Both the position numbers and the translations under genes were made by a program. The notes beneath the pieces are model-generated. The model was not told the DNA's origin and searched no databases. It was given only the letters and a program-made list of their open reading frames with translations. DNA of 64,000 nucleotides, from the NCBI GenBank assembly GCA_965240325.2, contig OZ251244.1, forward strand, positions 62,001-126,000, written 5' to 3'. This document shows positions 33,134 to 45,894 of the stretch, piece by piece (position 1 is the first letter of the stretch; the number at the start of each line of letters is the position of its first letter). This DNA is from Rebecca billardiae RCC1528 (Eukaryota > Protista > Haptophyta).

Positions 33134-34070
33134 CGACGGCGATGGCGACATCTGGCGATGGCGATGACACCGATGATCATTGATGATCATTGATGGCCCG
33201 TGTTGGATCGCGGATGCATCCGAGGTCAGACGACGTGCGCGGCACACTACGGTTCACGGCGACGACGAATAATATCGCACGTGTCGCCACACGAGTACCC
33301 CGGCGGACCAGTGGCGGACCGACCAGCGCGGCCGCCGCATCATGCGCCATGAATTTATTTCATGCCGGCCGATCTGAGTATCATCGTCGTCATCGTCAGC
33401 GATATATATATCGCGACGACATCGTCATCGTCGCGTCATCATCCGATCATCGTCGTCGTCAGCGCTAGCTACTAGCTAGCAGCAACGCGGCGCCGCATGG
33501 GGCACACAGCAGTACTAGTAGTATAAACTATAATAAATATAAGCAGGCGCCTAAAGGCGTAAAGCCGGGGCCGGGCAGTTGACATGACGTCCGCGCGCAA
33601 ATATATTCCGGTCGATCGATCGCGCCCTGCTGCGCGACTTGATGGCCGGCGACTGCGTACCAGTACGGGCAGTATGGCGTAGATATGCCGTAGATATGCC
33701 GGGCGTCGTATGCGGCTCGGCGGTACTAGCGCGCTATAGTGAGTCTAGACGCGCGACTCTAGTGGATGAGATAGTACGCGACTACTACGACATTACCGAT
33801 AACCCGCGTCGCGTCAATTACATTATTTAATCAGCAGTGGCTGCTACTGATTATCTAGCTCCGCCGCCCGTACTCAGCGAGTCGGTCAGTCGCGACGGCG
33901 TCATCGGAGACATCAGCCGGCTAGACTGTCTAGACGGTGCGGTGGAGACCACGGATCCCGATCCCCACGCGGCCCGTGAGTATTGTGGGCACCACAGCTG
34001 CCGCCGCCGACATTGAGCGGACGCCGGCGGCGCAGCCGCGCAGCGCGCTCGTGCAAGCAGCGAGCGTGTC

Positions 34071-37000
34071 TTACGACGTGCTGTTGGCGCGCTGCGCATC
34101 GCTGCTGGTGCGCAGCAGCGGCAGCAGGTCGCGCAGGTCCGAGGCGGCGACGCGCCCGCCGCCGCCCGTGGCCGGCCCGGGCCCAGGCGGCGCCACCAGG
34201 CTCTCGAGGCCTTCGGCGAGGAAGACGGTGGCGCCCACCGAGTTCGCCGCGGCTTGCTCGAGCTGCTGCACCGCGAGCAGCCTGCCGGCAGGCAGGGGCA
34301 GGGGCAGGGGCAGGGGCAGGGCGGGGGTGGGGGCGGGTCAGGGCGGGGTGAGGGGGCGCAGGGGCAGCAGCAGTAGCAGCAGCAGCGGCGGTCGACCCGG
34401 CGAGCGTCAGGGCCGCGCATGCGGCACACGCGTGCGGCGCACCTGTGCGGCGCCCTTGCTTTGAGAAGGACGTGCACCAGCCGCTCGCCCTCCTCCACCG
34501 CGGCGCGCGGCCCCTCGAGGCTGAGCGTCTGCGCGCGCCCGTCCAGCTGCACGCGCGTGCCGCCCAGCGCGCGCCGCAGCGCGTTGACGGTGCGCCCCTT
34601 CACGCCGATCAGGACGGGCACCTGGCTCGGCTGCAGCCGCAGGGAGACGCGCGCCGTGCGCGGGGGCGACGGCGCGAGGCGCGGGCTCTCCCTGCGGCTC
34701 TCGCCGCCGCCGCCGCCGCCGCTCGCGCCGCGCGCGCCGCCGCCACCGCCGCTCCCAGCGCGCGAGGACGCGGCAGAGGCGGCCGCGGTGCCGCCGCCCG
34801 GCGCGGGCGGCGGCTGCTCCGACCCGCCGGCGGCGGCGCCAGCGGCGGCGGCGGCGGCGGCGGTGGCGGGGCTCCCCGCGCGCGGCCGCGGCGGCGCGGC
34901 GGCGGTGTCCGCGGCGGCGGCGGCGGCCGCGGGCGTGTCGGGCGTCGGGTCGGTGGCGGCGGTGACGGTGGCGGACGCGCCACCGGCGCCACCGGCCGCC
35001 GCGGCCGCGGCCGCGGCCGCGGCCGCGGCCGCGGCCACCGCCGCCTGCGCGCGCGCGCCCTCGATGATGAGGACGAGCGCGGAGAGCGCACGCTCGCGCG
35101 CCGCGCCGTCCGCACCCTCGATGGACAGCGCGGGCCACGCGGCCGCGCCCCCCTGCGGGTCTGGCAGCGCATGCCCTGGCACGAGCCGACAGAGCGTCGA
35201 CAGGGTGACCGCCTGCCGCAGCGCGCCGCCGGCCTCGCCCATCAGCGCCTCGTACAGCGGAGGCGCGGCGCCCACGAGGATGCGCGCGCGCTCGCGCTCG
35301 ACGCGCGGGCTGGGCATCGGCGGGGCGGGCTGCGCGGGCGTGCCGGGCGGCTGCGCCGCGCCCGAGCCGCTGCCGCCGCCGCCGCCCGCCGCGTCGACGG
35401 CGGCGGCGCGCGGCGCGGGCGGCGCGGGCGGCGCGGGCGGCGCGGCCGGCGCGGCCGGCGCGGCCGGCGAGGGCTCGCGCTGGCCGGAGGCGGGCGCGGA
35501 CGGGCGCGGGCTTGGGCGCGGCCAGGGCGGGTGCGCTCGGCGCGGCGAGGGCCAGCGCTGCGCCGGGCGGCGCGGCGGCGAGGGCGAGCGCACGCCGCGC
35601 CGCCACGGCGGCGAGCGGGCGCGGTGCGCCGCTGGGCCGCGCGGCGGCGGCGAGGGCGAGCGCGACGAGCGCGGCCCTCGGGGCGGCGGGCCGCGGCGCG
35701 GCGGCGAGCCCGCGGCGCGGCGGCGCGGCGAGGGCGAGCCGCGCGCCGGCGAGGGCGATGGCGTGCGGCCGGCACGGGGCGGCGGGCCGCGGTACGGCGG
35801 CGGCGACGGCGAGCGGCCGCGCGGCGCCGCCCACGCGCCGCGCGCCGGCCGCGCGCGCGGCAGCGGCGGCGAGGGCGAGCGGCCGCGAGGCGGCGGCCCG
35901 CGCGGCGGGCTGCGCGGCCGCGGCGAGACCGAGCGGCTGCGCGGCGGCGAGGGCCGGTGGCCCGCCCAGTGCGGCGCGGCGCGCGGCGGGCTACGCTGTG
36001 GCTCGCGGCGGCCGCGGCCGCGGCCGCCAGGCGGCGAGTGGTACGGCCGCGGCGGCGGCGGCGGCGGCGAGCCGTCTCCGCCGCGGCCGCGGCCGCGCTC
36101 GGCGCTGGGGCCGAGCCAGCCGCGGTGCGGCGGCGGCGAGGGCGAGCGCGACGAGGCGCGGTACGGCGGCGCGCGCGCAGAGCGCGGCGGCGAGCCCGCG
36201 CCTCGGCGGTACGGCGGCTCGGCCGGCCACCGCGGGGAGCGGGAGCGCGGCCGCGGCGGCGGCGAGGGAGGCGCTCGGCTCAGCGCGTGCGACCCCGCCT
36301 CGCCGCGCACCCCGCCGCTCGGGCCCCCCGCGGCGCCGGGCGGTGCCTCGCGCTCGGCCACCACCTCCGCCTCGAGCCGCGCCACGGCGTCCGAGACGCC
36401 GGACCCCGCGAGCTGCGCCGCCAGCACGCGCGCCATCGCCGCGCCCGCGCGCGCGCAGCCCGCCTCGGTCGGTGCGCGGATCTGCAGCTCGGCCGGCGCG
36501 CCGAGCGGCGTGGCCACGTGCATCGTGTGCGCATCGCACAGCCGGCGCAGCGCACGTATGTTCACGCCGCGGGCGCCGATGAGCCCACTCACAGCGGCGG
36601 GCGACACGGGCAGCTCCAGCGCCCACCCGAGCTCGGTCAGTCTGGGCGCGGGCGTGGGCGGCGCGGGCGGCAGCGGCGCGGAGCGCGCCGCGCCGCCGCC
36701 CGCCGCGCCGCTGCCCGCGGGCGGAGCCTCGACGCGCCCGGCCGCGCCCGCGCCCGCGCCCGGCCCTGCCTGGCCGCCACCGTGCGGCGCGGCCAAATGC
36801 GCGGCGGGAGGCGCGGCGGGCGCGGGCGGCGGCGGCGGCTCGGCGCGTGGCGGCGGCGGCGGCGCTGCCGGCAGCGGCGAGCGCGGATGGGTGTGGGTGT
36901 GCGGTGCGGCGCCGCGCGCGCCGTCGTCCGCGCCAGCCGCCACCGCCACGGCCGCCGCTGCGCGCGGCTGCTGCTGCTGCGGCGGCGGCGGCGGCAGCTG

Positions 37001-38726
37001 CTGCTGCGCCTGCTGCGCCTGCTGCGCCTGCTGCGCCTGCTGCGCCTGCTGCGCCTGCTGCGCCTGCTGCGCCTGCTGCGCCTGCTGCGCCTGCTGCGCC
37101 TGCTGCGCCTGCTGCGCCTGCTGCGCCTGCCCCCACGCCGCCTCCGCCCGCAGTGGCTCAAAGACCTCGTGCCACCGCCAGCCGTGGCCGTCCACCGCGC
37201 ACTGCGCGCACAGCCGCAGCGCCAGCCCCGCCGCGTCTGGGGGCGCGCGAGGGGAGAGAGAGGGGCGGGGCATCGACAGCGTGCTCAGCGCGCGCGCCAC
37301 GCCGCCACGCCCCAGCCGCGCGCCACCGGCGCCCCCGGCGCGCCGCGCGCACCCACAAGCCCCGTGCCATCATACGCTCGGAAGAGGCGGCGCGCCGGCG
37401 GCGGCGGGAGGGAGGACTCAGAGGCGGCGCGCGCGCACGAGGCGCAGACGCCGCGCGCCCAGCGCACCGCGCCGTCCCCGTGCGGCTGCTGCAGCTGCAG
37501 CTGCGCGCTCGTCGCCGCCTCCTCCGACAGCAGCCCCTGCGCCCTGTGCGCGCCAAGGGGCGGGGCCGGGCGCGCGCGGCAGCGGGCGGGCGTGCGTGCG
37601 TGCGCGTGGGCGCGTGGGCGCGGGGCGGCCCGGCGCGCACGCCGCGCCGCGAGCGCGCGCCGCGCGGCATGGCAGCCCCCGCGGCGCAGCCGGCGGCGCA
37701 GCGTGCGCTGCCCCGCCGCGCACGCACCGCATGTCCTGCAGCAGGTTGGCCAGCACGCGCCGCTCGCCTTCGTGCGGCCGCGCCCACTCGAGCAGCAGCA
37801 CGAGCGTGAGCGCGTGCATGCGCAGCGCCTCGCCCCAGGAGGAGGCCTGGTCGTACGGCGGCGGCTCGCCGCGCTGGCGCAGGCGCAGCTCGATCTGCGG
37901 GCGAGGCGCGGCGGCGGCGACAGCGGGGCGGCGGCACGGCGGACGGCCGGGGGCGGCGCGGGCGGCGCGGTCGGCGCGGCGCGCGGCGCGCGCGCCCCAC
38001 CGCCAGGCGACGCCGCCGGCGCGCGCGCGCGCGCACCAACGCCGCCTGCCGCATCACGCTCAGCAGGTTGAGCCGGCTGCGCGCCTCCCTCTCTTCCACG
38101 TAGAGCGCCGCGTACTCGTACTGCGCGGACGTGGGCTCCAGCGCGTGCAGCGCGCGCACCACGACCTCGGAGACGGTGAGCGTGCTCAGGTAAGAGTCCA
38201 GCGCGAGCAGGCGGCGCAGGTCCACGCCCCACTCGGCCAGCGAGTACGGCGCGCCGCCGGCCGGGGGCGCGGCGCTCGGCGGCAGTGGAGTGGGCGAGGG
38301 CGGCATCGCCGGCCGCGGCGGCGCGACCGGCAGCCGCGGCTCCGCGCCCGCCTCCTCCCCGCGCGGCTGCACGCACGCCTCGCCGCTACCGAGGCCGCGC
38401 GGCGACACGGGCGGCGGCGTGAGCGCGTTGCCGTCCGCGTCGAAGGCGGGCAGCGCGGCGTCGTGGTGCCACTGCTGCGCCAGGCGCCACTGCGCGGCGG
38501 CGCGCGCGGCCTCGGCCGACGGGTCGAGCGCGTGCGGCCCCGCTGAGCCGCGCGCGCCGTCGGCGCCGCGCGCGTACTTGTGCGCGCCGCCGCCCTCGCC
38601 CCCGTCGCCGTCGGCAGGCGCGGGCCGTTTGGCCGCGGCGGCCGCGGCGGCCGCGGCGGCGCAGCGCGGGTCGGCGCGGACACTCGCGTGCGCGGCGCGC
38701 TGCGCTGCGCCCGGCTCGGCCGCCAT
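34071..38726 (-). CDS. KH-domain RNA-binding protein with RS/RP-rich region (multi-exon)
   Basis: Two KH GxxG motifs (LIGARGVNIRAL; LIGVKGRTVNAL), RSPSPP repeats and a QQA repeat; exon structure is approximate. Confidence 0.75.
37001..37130 (-). repeat. Coding 9-bp minisatellite (CAGGCGCAG)n encoding QAQ repeats
   Basis: About 14 exact copies of CTGCTGCGC on the + strand. Confidence 0.9.
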
Positions 38727-39220
38727 GCGCGCAGGGAGCGAACGCCGTGCGTGCGCGTGGCGCGCCAGCCCCGCCTCGTTCGGCTCAGCCGCTCAGGCGG
38801 TCAGGTCAGGCAAGGGTGTCCATCCTTGGGTCAGGCAACCTACAATCATCAGAGTGTTACCTGGCTACCATCACGACGGTATACTTTAATAAAGCACAGC
38901 TCAGGCAGTACTGGTACGGTAGTGTGAAAGCTTTTGAAGCGCCTACTAACTGTATGGGGGTACAGACGTACTGTCAGCAAACGGGAGTCTCTCACTACTA
39001 CTATCATGTACGGTGTACCCCTATACTATCAGGTCATGTGGTCCCCCGGACCGGAGGGACATCCCCTACCCCGGCGGCAGTGCTGCCCGGCCCGGTGCGT
39101 CTCGATCTCGCCGCGGCGATCTCGACATCGCCGCTCGATGAGCGGACGGAGGGCGCAGCCAGCAGCGCGGCGGAGCTGACGAGAGCGGAGCGGATCGCGT
39201 CTGGACGCGCACGCCGCCAG

Positions 39221-40153
39221 ATGGTGCTGGCGCTGCCGTTGCACATGCTGCTCCTCGCCGCCGGCCACACGGGCCGGCTCGCCGTGCCACACGTTGCCCG
39301 GCCGCTCGTCGCGGCCAGCCGCCTCGCCAGCTCGCGCGCACGAGGCGGCGCGCCTTCGATGGCCGACGTGGCCGACCCGAACACGCCGCCCGTGCGCAAG
39401 CTGCTCGGCGACCTGACGTTCATGGGGCCGGTGCGCTTCATCGTGCAGGGGCAGTCGGCGATCATGGAGACCGTCGCGGAGGCCGAGTCCGTCGCGTACA
39501 AGACGCTCGACGACGGCACCGAGCTCGCGACCATCAAGACGGACGATGCCGAGTTTGAGGTGCGCGCACACGGGTAGGGGTAGGGGTAGGGGTAAGGCGC
39601 GCAGCTGTGGCGCGCAGCTGTGGCGCGCAGCTGTGGCACACAGCGTGCGCAGGGCGCACGCACGCACGCGGTGCGAGGGCGGCGGGCGGCGGCGCGCTGC
39701 TGCAGGGGCACAGGCCACGAACGAGCCGACCGCTGCAAGCGCGCGCCGTGCGCCGTGCGCCGTGCGCCGAGCGCTCAGCCTCGCCCCTGCGCGCACCTGC
39801 CCCGGCCTCACACCACACGCAGGCGCACCTCAAGCTGGGCGCGCTCAGCGCCGTCAAGTTCGAGACGAAGGAGAAGGGCGGGCGGCAGCTCTACTTTGTG
39901 CGCTTCGTCGACGCGAACGACGCACCGGGTGCGTGCGGCCGCGTGCGCGCACGCCGCGGCGCGCGCGCGTGCGAGCCGCTCAGTCGGCGGCTCGCGCGCG
40001 CGCCGCCCCGGCCGCGCCCCACCCCGCGCCCGCTGCCGTGCGCCAGCCCTGACCTGCCTGCTGCACGCGGGCGCGGACGGCGAGTACGACGCGTCCGCGG
40101 TCAAGTTCTGGGAGGGCCTCAAGGAGCACTTTGGCGAGAGCGTGCGGCTCTGA
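39221..40153 (+). CDS. hutX: ChuX/HutX-like heme-utilisation carrier protein with bipartite-like presequence (3 exons)
   Basis: MGPVRFIVQGQSAIMET, FE|AHLK, LYFVRF, FWEGLKEHFG; introns ~39560-39822 and ~39929-40047. Confidence 0.65.
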
Positions 40154-42529
40154 GCCCCTGCAAGGGTGGCCCCCGCGCTGGCGGCGCGGGGCAGCCGACC
40201 GGGGGCGTCGATGCGCGCGGGCAGCCACGCAGCCGACAGCCGCCACCCCCTCGACCGGCGGGGCACACCGCCATACGGCCACACGCCACCGTGGTGGGCA
40301 TCAGCCAGCGCGCAGGCGCCATGTTGATTGCGGGGAGTGTCGGTCGTTACGTGGCGGCAGGTGGCGGGTGCACTGGGCTGCCCGTGTGGCGCACCGGGCG
40401 CGCGGGCGTCGGCCATGGCTGCAGCCGACCACCCGCGCACGACAGCGGGCCCGCAGACCGGGCGAAACGATGCCCCAGCCACAGGCCGCCCGGGCCCGGG
40501 GTCGGTGCGGTCAGCGGGTCCGCTGCAGCTGACTCCGAGCTGCACTAGGTCATGCTCGTACTCGTATCTAGTCGCGCCCCGGCCGAGTTATACCGCGGTT
40601 CGCGCCACACTCACCAGAGACTGGCAGTCGTAGGATCGTACGGTCGTCGCCGCCGCGGCGGACCCGCGGACCGTGGCGGCACCCCGCCGCGGGACCCGCC
40701 GCGGGCTGATGCGCGGCCCGAACCGGCGCGCCCGTCGCCGAACCGGGACCGGCAACCAGTCCGCGGACCCGGTCCGGGCGACCGCCCCTCAGGCCGCCCG
40801 CCCGCCCGCCCGCCTACCCGTCAGCCTCAGGGCGCGGGCGGCCACCCACTGACCGTCAGACCCGCGGGGCAGTCGATACCGTATGAACAATAGCAGGCTG
40901 CTAACTGGCAGTAGTAGTCGCCTGACACTTCTATCTGAACGACTCCTAATCGCCAGAGCGCGGGACTGAGCTCGTGATCGACGACTCATACGCACCTGTC
41001 TGTCTGACAGCTGTCTGTCCGGTCCGGCCAGCTAGTCAGGCCGGGTCCAGGACGCGCGCGCTATATACTGTCAGGTCCGAGCCGGCCCCGACACGGCCCG
41101 GTCCGGGCCGGGTCGCGGTCGGGCCACGGCGCGTCCGATCGTCAGCCGTCGTCGTCTCGTGTGTAAAGTAGTCGTCGTGCGCAGCGCCCCCGCCCGCGGG
41201 CGCGTGCCCGCCTGGCGCGCGTGCGCCATGCGGCGGGCTGACAATTTATTGTGACACAGTTAATCATGCACGCGCGGGGCGATGATGAGCATCCGTTGGC
41301 CTGGCCACGCAGAGCAGCGCAGCGCATCGGCCCAGCCGTCGACACCGCATGGTGCGCCACGGCGCGCGGAGCAGCCGCGCGAACTGCTTACTATATATAT
41401 GTGGCACCGCGACCACCGCGGTGGCGCGCGCGCGTCGACGCCAGACGGTGCGTCGAGCTTCCGCTCGGCGATGGAGCGATGGGCGACTACGAGGGGGGGG
41501 GGGGGGACGACGGCGAGGAGCGCTGATCCTGGTGTTTGTCTCTGCTGCTCGATCTGCTGCTACAGCTTGCTGACTCTGACGCCTGCCCGTTGCATACCAC
41601 GTCGTTAATATATATATATATATATAGAGGTATATTTATTATAATATATATATTATAAAAGTGACCCGTTGCAAGCGTGAGTGCCGAAAAAACGACACTT
41701 CTGCGGCCTAGAGTGACGATAGTCTTGCCGGCGGCGGCGGCGGCGGCGGGAGCGTGACAGTGCGTCTACCATCACATTCCGTTTAGCGCGCTACGCCGCG
41801 CGTGCCGGGTAGTGCCCCCGGCCCGCCGCAGCAGCAGTCGACAAGTAGTGAAGAGACGATGACCGCGGACGCAGCGCCGCAGTACAGCCTGCATCCACTT
41901 GCAGCGCGGCGCGCACTGTAGTTGCACTTGCAGCGCTCGCGCTCAGCGAGCATGGGCGTGCGCTCAGGCGTGTCAAGTGCTGTGTCGTCGGCGCGCTTCG
42001 CCTGTCACCTCGCGCACCCGTGCACGCAGCTTCATCGTCTTCATGAGGACTGCTCGGTGCTGCTGTCGCCATCCGACCCGAGTCCGCGGTCGCGCGGCGC
42101 GCGCGGTGGCAGCTGTGCACCGCAGAGTGTCACCGCTGCTGCTTCGCAGCAGTCGTCAGCAGTTGCGTCGTCATCCTCCTCGTCGTCGGCTTCCACTGCC
42201 GCAAGAGGGAACGCTGCCAAAGCTGCAGTTGGGAGGCAAGTCCTTCTCTCTTCCCACCGCGGCGCGCGCGTTGTGACAGCCCTCCCCGTTTGGCTTCTCT
42301 TGACCACCTGCTGAGGGTTTTGCAGCTCGATCTCGGCAACGGCACCACCTGGCGACGAACGGATTGGATTGGTGCACGGGGAATTGGATTCCCCGTGCAC
42401 CAATCCGCTCGGTTCGTCGCGCCCGGCCGCCATCGCCCAGCGCTAGTTGCAAAACCGTATTTTCACCGGTACGTCGCATTTTCACCGCCCTACGGTCACT
42501 CACCCGTGCAACGGGTCAAGTATACTACC

Positions 42530-43426
42530 GGCCTGTTTTATTTCTACCAGATTCCATTTACTATGTCACGGCGACAAACCCGTGCCCGCCAGTGGGAATG
42601 GGTGTCACGCCCCGTTCAGTGTACCTCTCACGGCCGATGGCGGCCCCCACGTGCGTGAGGAATGCGATTCGTGCACTCCTCGGTGACCGGTGAGTGCACG
42701 AATCCAGTTGCGGCGCTCGTCCGCCTCGTCGTCGTCGCACACGAGGTACACCTGAAGAGCACGGGTCAGAAGCCAGATCTCTCTGCGCGCTCGCGCCCGC
42801 GTGGTGAGGCACTGGCAGGCTTGTTCTCATCATCTTGGCCAAGACTGCAGCCTGCCAGATGCGCGATGACGCGTGTGCACGCCTTTCTGCGCGCCATGGG
42901 TGCGCGGGGCACGCACCTTGTCGTCATCTACGCCGAGGAGGCCTGAACAACCGGCCCACCAACCTGCCGTGACAACGTTCAAATGCAGGCGGCAAGCTGC
43001 ATGCGCAAACATCTCACGCTCGACAAGGAAGTGGCGGCGGAGCGAGTAGAGCTGGTATCGTTTGCAGTCCATCTGTCGTTCGACAATCCTGGTTCACCAA
43101 CTGACACGGGCGCGACGCAGCTAAGGCAGAGTGCTTGCAGCTTGCAACGCGCCCGCAACCGCGGTTTGCTGCCGCGGCGCGGCGATCGTCACACTGCCGT
43201 GCGCTGCGAGTGACCCGTCTGTGTCATGGCGAAGCACCATGGCAAGGCTTAGCAGCAAGCATTGGCATGATCTTTAGCTACAGCTCAGCGCCCTAGTACG
43301 AACATGCGCCAACGACGTGCCATCACTACTCCGCAATCGCGCCGGTACCCACCACCAGCGGGCAAGCCGCCATTTTACCGCGTTGGCGAATGTCGCCGTT
43401 GGGCTCTGGTAGAAATAAAACAGGCC
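42530..43426. mobile_element. Degenerate inverted-repeat element
   Basis: 22-bp perfect inverted repeat GGCCTGTTTTATTTCTACCAGA (42530-42551) / TCTGGTAGAAATAAAACAGGCC (43405-43426); fragmentary ORFs between. Confidence 0.55.
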
Positions 43427-43519
43427 TACCGTAAGCTCGGCCGCGACTAAGTAGCCAGGCGCGACGGCGCGTATCAGACAGATCGTCACTTAATTCCGGA
43501 CGACTCCGCCCTAGCTAAG

Positions 43520-45715
43520 CTACTGATGACGAGACTCTTGCACGCGCACCACAAGCTTCTTGCCGCTCACTTTGTTGGCGCGCATCAGGTCGAAGCCTCC
43601 GCTCACCTTCTCAAGGCCGCCAAGCACCTCGATGGGATTCGGCTTGAGCGCCAGTGCGGCCAGGAGCTCGCTGATCTCCTTCACATAGCCCGCCACCATC
43701 TGGAATGTGGCGAGGTTCTGATACGTCTCGCCAAGCATAGCCTCCTGCACCTCCACGCCGGGCACCTGCTCGTCCATTGTGGTACCGCCTGTGGTGACAA
43801 TGCGTGCCTCCGACGGACCGTGCCCACCACATGCGACGATGATGCGAGCACATGCGCTCACCGTCTGCGGGTAGGCGATGCAGTCGAGGGCGATGGGCTG
43901 CGATGCCTTGCCCCCGATGAGCTCGACGGCGCGTGCTTCCCACCCCGAAATCTTGTAGTCCACGAAACCGTCCGCGCCGATGCCAGTGAGCAGCTCCTCG
44001 TTGTGCGATGACGCGACTGCGACCACCCTGCGCCCTTGCGCCTTCGCGAGCTGGACAGCGTACATGCCGACGCTCGTGCTCGCCCCGTAGATGAGGGTCG
44101 GCGAGCACATGTTCGTGCCTTCGAGATGGTGCTTGAGCATGAGCTGCGCCGTGAGGGCGCCGGCGCCGAGAGAACACGCCTCGTCCATGGACATGCCAGG
44201 CGCCACCTTGCCGAGGACCTGGCATGGAACGACGCACAGCTCCTTGAAGGCGCCAAACGAAAAGGTCCACACCTTATCGCCCGGTTTGAAGTCCTGCGCA
44301 GCCTCGTCGCCCACCGCCTCCACTGTGCCAGCCAAGCCGCAGCCAAAGACGTGTGGCCAACTTGGCACGAGGAACCCCGTGTCGAGCATCTTCCAATCGA
44401 CTGGGTTGAGGGCAGAGGACTCGATGCGGACGAGCACGTCAGCTGGCGACTTGATGACGGGCTTGGGGAAGTCAGCATCGATCACTAGGGCGCCGCCGAC
44501 CTCGTGGGCAACGAGAGCGCGCATCGTTCGCGGAGCAACACTGCGCGGGCGGACACCGTGAGCGACGACGGCGGTTCCGCCGCCTCCTCTGCCGACGAGT
44601 CTCGCCGAGGGTGACTGCCTGTGCTGCAAGCCGGACCACGAGGAGGCCTCCGACGAGCTTGCTGTGGCAGACAGAGGCAGAAGGCTGCTGCGGTCGCCTT
44701 CCTTTGCCCTGCTCTTGCGCACAGCTTCGCTAGCAGTCGAGAGCACAACACCAAGAGCGACCAGGCCCGCGCCAAGGGCTTCGAGGAGTCCCCAGGCATG
44801 ACCAAACACCAGCCACTGCCACACGGCAGCAAAGACGATGCCCAGCAGGCGCACCGTGGCGATGACAGACGCCTGCGTGACACGCACGGCGAGGGCGAGC
44901 AAGACCGTGCCTAGCAATGCCACGACGACACCCGTTGCGGTCAGTGCCCACTGCTGCCAGCTGCTCAGTCGAAGCACGAACCCGGTGAGTGAATGGTCGA
45001 GGGCGCAAAAGGTGCCCGCCAGGCCAAAGAGCCCTGCAGCATAGGCAAATGTGATGGTGAACAGGTGTGTGCCATGGTCGCACCGGAGCTTCCGCATCAC
45101 CACCGTCGTGAGGCCGTTCGCAATCGCGCTCCCAGTCGCCATGCATGCACCCAGCCAGTAGTGCGGCTCGCGTGCAGCTGCGCGCATCTCCTCGCCACCA
45201 AAGATGGCATCGGGTTGAATGACGAGGATAGTGCCAGCAGCGCAGAGGACGGAGACGGTCAGGTGCTCCAATCTCAACGGCTCGCCAAGCAAAGCCCAGC
45301 CAAAGAACGCCGCAAAGAGAACGTAGGTGAACGCGAGTGTCATGCCGTCGGCGAGCGGCATGTTGCACAGTGCGAGGCACAGCATGATGTGCGTGCTCGG
45401 GCCGACAACACCGCGCGTGATGAGCCAACGGCGCTCGGCCGGCGAGCGCCACCCGAGCGGCAGCAGGCCATCAACACCATCACGTGCGATCGTGCTCGGG
45501 AACCACGCCATGAGCTTGCGACCAGCAAGCAGAGCCGGTAGAATCACGCAGGCGTAGATGAGCAAGATCCACATGCCGACAGTGACATGCGCTTGAACGC
45601 CAGCCGCGCGCACGATGGTGGGCACGACGCAGAACTCGATCGACGTGACCAAGGCACACGCCATGGCAAACGCCACGCCGAGAGCCATATCATCAGCCCG
45701 TTCTCCGGAAGTCAT
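43520..45715 (-). CDS. EamA/DMT transporter fused to an MDR-family enoyl-reductase-like oxidoreductase
   Basis: About 10 TM segments with RG..G, PLADG and LLGEPL motifs; then ALNPVDWK, LIYGASTSVGMYAVQLAK, GADGFVDY, VSGKKLVV; single intronless ORF. Confidence 0.85.
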   Translation of the reverse strand: MTSGERADDMALGVAFAMACALVTSIEFCVVPTIVRAAGVQAHVTVGMWILLIYACVILPALLAGRKLMAWFPSTIARDGVDGLLPLGWRSPAERRWLITRGVVGPSTHIMLCLALCNMPLADGMTLAFTYVLFAAFFGWALLGEPLRLEHLTVSVLCAAGTILVIQPDAIFGGEEMRAAAREPHYWLGACMATGSAIANGLTTVVMRKLRCDHGTHLFTITFAYAAGLFGLAGTFCALDHSLTGFVLRLSSWQQWALTATGVVVALLGTVLLALAVRVTQASVIATVRLLGIVFAAVWQWLVFGHAWGLLEALGAGLVALGVVLSTASEAVRKSRAKEGDRSSLLPLSATASSSEASSWSGLQHRQSPSARLVGRGGGGTAVVAHGVRPRSVAPRTMRALVAHEVGGALVIDADFPKPVIKSPADVLVRIESSALNPVDWKMLDTGFLVPSWPHVFGCGLAGTVEAVGDEAAQDFKPGDKVWTFSFGAFKELCVVPCQVLGKVAPGMSMDEACSLGAGALTAQLMLKHHLEGTNMCSPTLIYGASTSVGMYAVQLAKAQGRRVVAVASSHNEELLTGIGADGFVDYKISGWEARAVELIGGKASQPIALDCIAYPQTVSACARIIVACGGHGPSEARIVTTGGTTMDEQVPGVEVQEAMLGETYQNLATFQMVAGYVKEISELLAALALKPNPIEVLGGLEKVSGGFDLMRANKVSGKKLVVRVQESRHQ

Positions 45716-45848
45716 GCCTGCGAGCTCACCGAGGGGTGCGGCGCCGAGGCGCCCACGCGCGAGGGGCTTCACGAAGACGATCCACGCGTGCGCACTGCGC
45801 ACCGGAATCCGCGGTTAGCAGTACGTAATTTTTGTTCAGGCAGTACTG

Positions 45849-45894
45849 TCTCGCCTGCCTGAGCTGTGTGCGTCTCTTATTCTTAGTAAACTGT
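45849..45894. repeat. 46-bp dispersed repeat, copy 1
   Basis: TCTCGCCTGCCTGAGCTGTGTGCGTCTCTTATTCTTAGTAAACTGT, identical to 63471-63516. Confidence 0.95.

Noticed and set aside
34419-38546. Very long + strand ORFs (1375 and 1208 aa), and similar antisense ORFs elsewhere
   Set aside because: Shadow ORFs of GC-rich genes on the opposite strand; no domain motifs
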